Shown one piece after another: positions 60,039 to 64,000 of a stretch of DNA of 64,000 bases. Position numbers and translations under genes: made by a program. The stretch comes from an uncultured Methanosarcinales archaeon (GTDB taxonomy: Archaea > Nanobdellota > Nanobdellia > Woesearchaeales > CAYPCY01): NCBI GenBank assembly GCA_964409385.1, contig CAYPCY010000001.1:232546-296545 (forward strand), written 5' to 3'. The notes beneath the pieces are model-generated. The model searched no databases. It had not been told where the DNA came from and was given only the letters and a program-made list of their open reading frames with translations. How positions within the stretch are numbered: position 1 is the stretch's first letter; the number at the start of each line of letters is the position of its first letter.

Positions 60039-61109
60039 TTACTCTTGTAGAACTGGCTCTCCTTGCTCTGATTGTGCTTGTCCTGTTATTGCACAAGTTA
60101 GTCCATCGCCTACACATCCTATGGTTGATATTGAACAAGGATCATTATAACAAATTGAAGTTGTTGAGAATCTTGCGTATGATTTGCATTCTGTTACTTG
60201 ATCACAATTCAAGGCATAATAATCATTTTCTTTACAAACTCCTATTTTTCTTATTTTATCTTCACAAAAGCAAGGCTCTGTAATTTCTCCTTCGCAATTA
60301 ATTAATTCTTTCAACTCGCATTTCCCAGTAAATGTATCAAAATCACAATATTTATTTTCTGTCTGGTTTATTGTGAATTCTTTCTTTCCCTTGCAGAATT
60401 CATCTGAAGATTGAGAGCATGTTCCTAAGTATTTATTTCTTATCTTTCCTATTATTGATTCTGTTATTAACACATACTCCTTGTTTTGAAATGTCCTTTT
60501 TTCTATATATAATTCAACATTTTCACAACCTCTATGAGCTCCTTCTATATATGGAGGATAATATCCTTTTCCCAGGACTAATTTAGTGAAATTAAAAGGT
60601 TGTAGTGCTGAACTTCTTAAGTTTTCAGAACTTGAAGGATATTCAAAATCGTTTATCCTTTCTCCTATATTACACGCGAGAGAATCAGTTCCTAAAAAAG
60701 TTATTTCTCCTTCTAACACTTCACAACTTAACAAGTCTCTTTTTTCATACAAACAAAGACACGCATTTCCTGCACATTCATCAGGTTTCATCATTTTCTT
60801 ATATAAAGCTCCCAAATTTTGTGCTGATATTTCATCATCTTCCTTCCCAAAGCCTATAATCATAAAATCTTTAGGTAGTGTTGAAGTTATGGTTTCTGTA
60901 TATTCATCAACTTCTAAAGAGTGTGTAACTTGTGAATTTAATAGTTTTAAGAAATTATTTGCATATTTTTCATCTCCTGAACCTTCTGAGAATATGAATG
61001 GGAAAACAAGTGATGTTAATGCTCCTACAAAGAAGAGTATTGCTAAAGCTGCTATTACAAGGTCTTTTATCGCTTCTAGTGTTGTCTCTCCTTTCATGTT
61101 ATTACGCAA
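60039..61109 (-). CDS. Cys-rich pilin-like protein (class III signal peptide)
   Basis: MKG|ETTLE + hydrophobic helix; KP-x-x-C-x-x-x-ACLCL; C-terminal C-x-x-DPC. Confidence 0.75.
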   Translation of the reverse strand: MRNNMKGETTLEAIKDLVIAALAILFFVGALTSLVFPFIFSEGSGDEKYANNFLKLLNSQVTHSLEVDEYTETITSTLPKDFMIIGFGKEDDEISAQNLGALYKKMMKPDECAGNACLCLYEKRDLLSCEVLEGEITFLGTDSLACNIGERINDFEYPSSSENLRSSALQPFNFTKLVLGKGYYPPYIEGAHRGCENVELYIEKRTFQNKEYVLITESIIGKIRNKYLGTCSQSSDEFCKGKKEFTINQTENKYCDFDTFTGKCELKELINCEGEITEPCFCEDKIRKIGVCKENDYYALNCDQVTECKSYARFSTTSICYNDPCSISTIGCVGDGLTCAITGQAQSEQGEPVLQE

Positions 61110-61378
61110 CAGAGTTTTGCTTCTTTATCCTCTTGAGGACATCCGTTTCCTTCCATGACCGTTCCTACAAAACAATATGATTCATCCTGAACACAATAAC
61201 TGTTTGGAATTGCAGAGTCTGAACCACAAGGTGCTGTGGAGTCTGTTGAATTGTTTAAGTCTCTGAATCTTGGCACTAGAATAAATATTATTGTGAATAA
61301 TACTATTACCCCTATAACTATTAATATTAATTGACTCCATACTATTCCTTTAGAATCCATTGTCAAGTAATGCAGCAT
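61094..61378 (-). CDS. Small Cys-rich pilin-like protein
   Basis: MDSKG|IVWSQL + TM; six-Cys tail ending CC. Confidence 0.8.
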   Translation of the reverse strand: MLHYLTMDSKGIVWSQLILIVIGVIVLFTIIFILVPRFRDLNNSTDSTAPCGSDSAIPNSYCVQDESYCFVGTVMEGNGCPQEDKEAKLCCVIT

Positions 61379-61596
61379 TTAGGCAATTCAACATTTGTTT
61401 TGTTGCAATTAGCATTCCCTACAGGATTTTGTATTTCTCCTTCTAAACACCTATCCCTACAAGTTCCTGTACATTCTCCTAGTGTGTCTGCAGTGTCTTT
61501 TGACTTGTCTACAAAAATAAATACTATAACTGCAAGAACAATTATTGCTATTATCGCCATTACTAATGTTGAAAAAGTTACTTCTCCTCTTTTCAT
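61363..61596 (-). CDS. Small Cys-rich pilin-like protein
   Basis: MKRG|EVTFSTLVMAII; Cys-rich tail ending CC. Confidence 0.85.
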   Translation of the reverse strand: MKRGEVTFSTLVMAIIAIIVLAVIVFIFVDKSKDTADTLGECTGTCRDRCLEGEIQNPVGNANCNKTNVELPKCCIT

Positions 61597-61690
61597 ACTA
61601 TTTAATTCTCAGAATTGATTAATATATTTTGTGGTTGTTTCGAAATTTCAATAAAAAGACTTAAAAATAATAACTACTAATGAATACTCT

Positions 61691-61792
61691 ATGAAACAAG
61701 TTCAAATTTCAAAAGATTCAATTATGGAAGCAATCGAAGATAGTGAGTTTGCTAAAAAAAAGAAAGTAAAGCCTTGGAAATTAAAATTGTAA
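61691..61792 (+). CDS. 33-aa antitoxin-like peptide or remnant
   Basis: MKQVQISKDSIMEAIEDSEFAKKKKVKPWKLKL, convergent with and overlapping the relE-like gene. Confidence 0.35.
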   Translation: MKQVQISKDSIMEAIEDSEFAKKKKVKPWKLKL

Positions 61793-62040
61793 ATTTTGTG
61801 AGATCCAACTGCCAAGACAATTATTTTTTTCTTGTTTTCATCAATTTCATAAATCATTCTCAAATCTTTAGCTAAATGACAACTCCATTTTCCTTTTAGT
61901 CTTCCTTTTAATTTATGCGCGTGTAGTTCTTTTCTGGGATTTTTCAATAATTTTTGTAGCTTTATTTTCATTTTTTTATTATAGAATGAATAAAATTGTT
62001 TTTCTGCTAATTTACTTCTTGTCATTAATTCATACATCAA
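61702..62040 (-). CDS. RelE/YafQ-family mRNA interferase toxin
   Basis: AHKLKGRLKGKWSC...DLRMIYEID...VGSH. Confidence 0.88.
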   Translation of the reverse strand: MMYELMTRSKLAEKQFYSFYNKKMKIKLQKLLKNPRKELHAHKLKGRLKGKWSCHLAKDLRMIYEIDENKKKIIVLAVGSHKIYNFNFQGFTFFFLANSLSSIASIIESFEI

Positions 62041-62110
62041 TTAAATTAAAAAAATTACTTTTTATAATAACTGTTTAGAAATTTATTGAATTTTTGCAGA
62101 AATTAAGAAG

Positions 62111-62380
62111 TTATTTCGGAAGCACTTGTCTACAACAAAAATCACCAGAACTTGTCGCATTCGCATCCGCCTTACATCCTGGATCTCCTATCATATATCT
62201 TTGATAACCAGTAGCGCAAGCTCCTGAAGAAGTATCAATACATATTCCGTCGCATTGTTCTAAAGTTTTTTTAGTAAGATTTAATTTTCCTGTAAATATT
62301 AGTATAACAACCATTAACACAATTATAGCTATTACTGCCATTATTATTGTACTAAATGTTAATTCAGCTTTAGTTGTCAT
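62111..62380 (-). CDS. Small Cys-rich pilin-like protein
   Basis: MTTKA|ELTFSTIIMAVI; six-Cys tail with CC. Confidence 0.85.
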   Translation of the reverse strand: MTTKAELTFSTIIMAVIAIIVLMVVILIFTGKLNLTKKTLEQCDGICIDTSSGACATGYQRYMIGDPGCKADANATSSGDFCCRQVLPK

Positions 62381-62655
62381 ATGTACTTCTTACAACACAC
62401 ATTTCCAGTACTACATTTAAGATCTGCAGCGTAAGTATAACTTTGAGTTATTGAAGCATCATCACAAGCTTCTTGTGGAGTTTGAGTTCCTTCGAAATAA
62501 TTTGCGCATATCCCATTATTTTTTACACAATCAGTTACTGCTCCTTGGAACAAGTTCAACCTTCCTGTAAATATCAATGTTAGAACTACTAGAACTATTA
62601 GTACCAATGCTGCAGATACTATAACACCTAAAGTTAGATCTCCTTTCTTTTGCAT
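62377..62655 (-). CDS. Small Cys-rich pilin-like protein
   Basis: MQKKG|DLTLGVIV; six-Cys tail with CC. Confidence 0.85.
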   Translation of the reverse strand: MQKKGDLTLGVIVSAALVLIVLVVLTLIFTGRLNLFQGAVTDCVKNNGICANYFEGTQTPQEACDDASITQSYTYAADLKCSTGNVCCKKYI

Positions 62656-62695
62656 GTTCTAAAATCTAATTATTTACTATATAAACTTTTCGTAA

Positions 62696-63730
62696 TCATA
62701 CACAAAGATTACCATCCCACGCACAATTTCCAAATATGCAAGGATCTTCATTGCATAATTCTTCATTGAATAATTCTGATACGTGACCTCTTACATTATA
62801 ATCTGAACATTCTTGATAATTTTCACAGTCTGAAGATACTTTGAAGTTTGTAAGAACATCTAATTCACCAATATCAAATCCGTAATCGTATGACATTATA
62901 GTTCCTAAACAAAGATCTGATGAATTTTCATTAATTAAAGGAATATAGGAAACTCCTGTAGTGCCGTCATCTTTCTTATGAAAACACACACAATCATTTG
63001 TAGGAGTTATATATCCTATTATGTTTAAATCAAATATTTTCTTTCCACATTCTGTTAAAATAGTTGATTCTTTCTTATCGCAATTATTTGTTCTTTGAAA
63101 TCCTAAATCTATAATACAAACTTTTTTATTTATGTTTATTTCGAAATATGTTTCTTGATTTGTTAATGTGTGTCCTTCATAATAATCAGTATTTTGGTGT
63201 TTATTATTAAGTTGAGATATTATACATTCTATATCTCCCTCTCTACAAAATGGTTCTCCAGAACAGTCCCCTTCATTACATTCTTGATCACAAGTTTCTC
63301 CTTGGAATATCATTTCTTCTCCACCTCCATAGATACAAACACATTCGCTAGTGTAAAAGTAAGAACAAGCAGGAACATATTCAAAAATACAATCTACTTG
63401 TTCGAGATCATTATTCCAATCTTCTTGTTTTTCTATTAAACAAACATAATAAGAATCTGCCAGTAAAGAACTAGATTCTTTATGCAGTATAGAATCTTCT
63501 AAATTTGTTGCTTCTTTTCCGCCGCAAAGAGTTTGAGGTTGTGTATCCATACATAGTTTTGGTGGAGTCACTTCATCTTTTAACTTATCCAGTCCTAATA
63601 GTTTTCTTAAATCCTTTAATTTTTCAACAGGATTCATGAAGAAGGATATGAAGAAGAACACTATTATTACTGCTATAATCAATCCAATTAGTTTTTGCCA
63701 TTGGCCTTTAGAAGAATGGTAGACTTTCAA
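62696..63730 (-). CDS. Cys-rich pilin-like protein (class III signal peptide)
   Basis: SSKG|QWQKL + TM; C-terminal C-x-x-Y...C-x-x-DPC...C-x-W. Confidence 0.75.
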   Translation of the reverse strand: MKVYHSSKGQWQKLIGLIIAVIIVFFFISFFMNPVEKLKDLRKLLGLDKLKDEVTPPKLCMDTQPQTLCGGKEATNLEDSILHKESSSLLADSYYVCLIEKQEDWNNDLEQVDCIFEYVPACSYFYTSECVCIYGGGEEMIFQGETCDQECNEGDCSGEPFCREGDIECIISQLNNKHQNTDYYEGHTLTNQETYFEININKKVCIIDLGFQRTNNCDKKESTILTECGKKIFDLNIIGYITPTNDCVCFHKKDDGTTGVSYIPLINENSSDLCLGTIMSYDYGFDIGELDVLTNFKVSSDCENYQECSDYNVRGHVSELFNEELCNEDPCIFGNCAWDGNLCV

Positions 63731-63845
63731 TAATATTCACCCCGTCTTCTCTCATTATAAAGATTATTGCCATCATTATGAATATGAATATTACTGCTAG
63801 TATTAAGTAAACTAGTGTTGATTCCATTCCTTTTTTTGAATTCAT
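63708..63845 (-). CDS. 45-aa Flp-like minimal pilin
   Basis: MNSKKG|MESTLVYLILAVIFIFIMMAIIFIMREDGVNIIESLPFF; not in ORF track. Confidence 0.75.
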   Translation of the reverse strand: MNSKKGMESTLVYLILAVIFIFIMMAIIFIMREDGVNIIESLPFF

Positions 63846-63877
63846 AGTTTCTTTATTATTTGTTTAGTATTTATTTT

Positions 63878-64000
63878 TTACCCTCTCATGTTTGTTGGTA
63901 GGAAGTTACAGCCTATGTCTTCTAGTGCTGTAGGTTTTGATTCTACTATTAATACTGAGGCCATCCAATCTACTTCTTTTTCTTTGAATATTGAATAAAT
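63878..64000 (-). CDS. C-terminal fragment of an upstream gene
   Basis: Frame open from the window edge: ...DIGCNFLPTNMRG*. Confidence 0.55.
   Translation of the reverse strand: MYSIFKEKEVDWMASVLIVESKPTALEDIGCNFLPTNMRG

Noticed and set aside
60586..61158. 190-aa plus-strand ORF and similar antisense ORFs (e.g. 3196-3633, 52138-52497, 31813-32067)
   Set aside because: They lie opposite well-supported genes and have no motifs
61094..62655. Diversity-generating retroelement acting on mini-pilins
   Set aside because: No reverse transcriptase and no near-identical template/variable repeat pair seen

Overview
AT-rich, gene-dense chromosomal segment of an archaeon, most likely DPANN (Woesearchaeota/Pacearchaeota-like). 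The evidence is archaeal RadA, RadB, RPA, Hef, uS2, aMBF1 and ABCE1, an intron-containing tRNA-Thr(CGU) with a bulge-helix-bulge, BRE/TATA promoters and GGTGA/GAGGTG Shine-Dalgarno sites, alongside bacterial-type GAPDH, GyrA and a Pol II-like family B polymerase. From left to right: a ~12 kb cell-surface protein operon including a 2076-aa mosaic adhesin; housekeeping genes with several unannotated Zn-finger microproteins; a second surface-protein block; three toxin-antitoxin-type loci; a DNA repair/chromosome cluster; a glycosylation locus; and a >8 kb type IV pilin-like cluster that runs off the right edge. Most notable: (1) the pilin cluster ends in a 719-aa class III signal-peptide protein carrying a lytic transglycosylase (SLT)-like domain, a candidate pilus-displayed peptidoglycan-cutting enzyme in an organism without peptidoglycan; (2) a peptide + radical SAM/SPASM + GNAT cassette (candidate RiPP pathway) inserted between rpa and the radA operon; (3) an ABCE1 that has lost all four ligands of one of its two Fe-S clusters; (4) several structured intergenic elements. 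All functional calls come from motif recognition by eye; no database searches were run.
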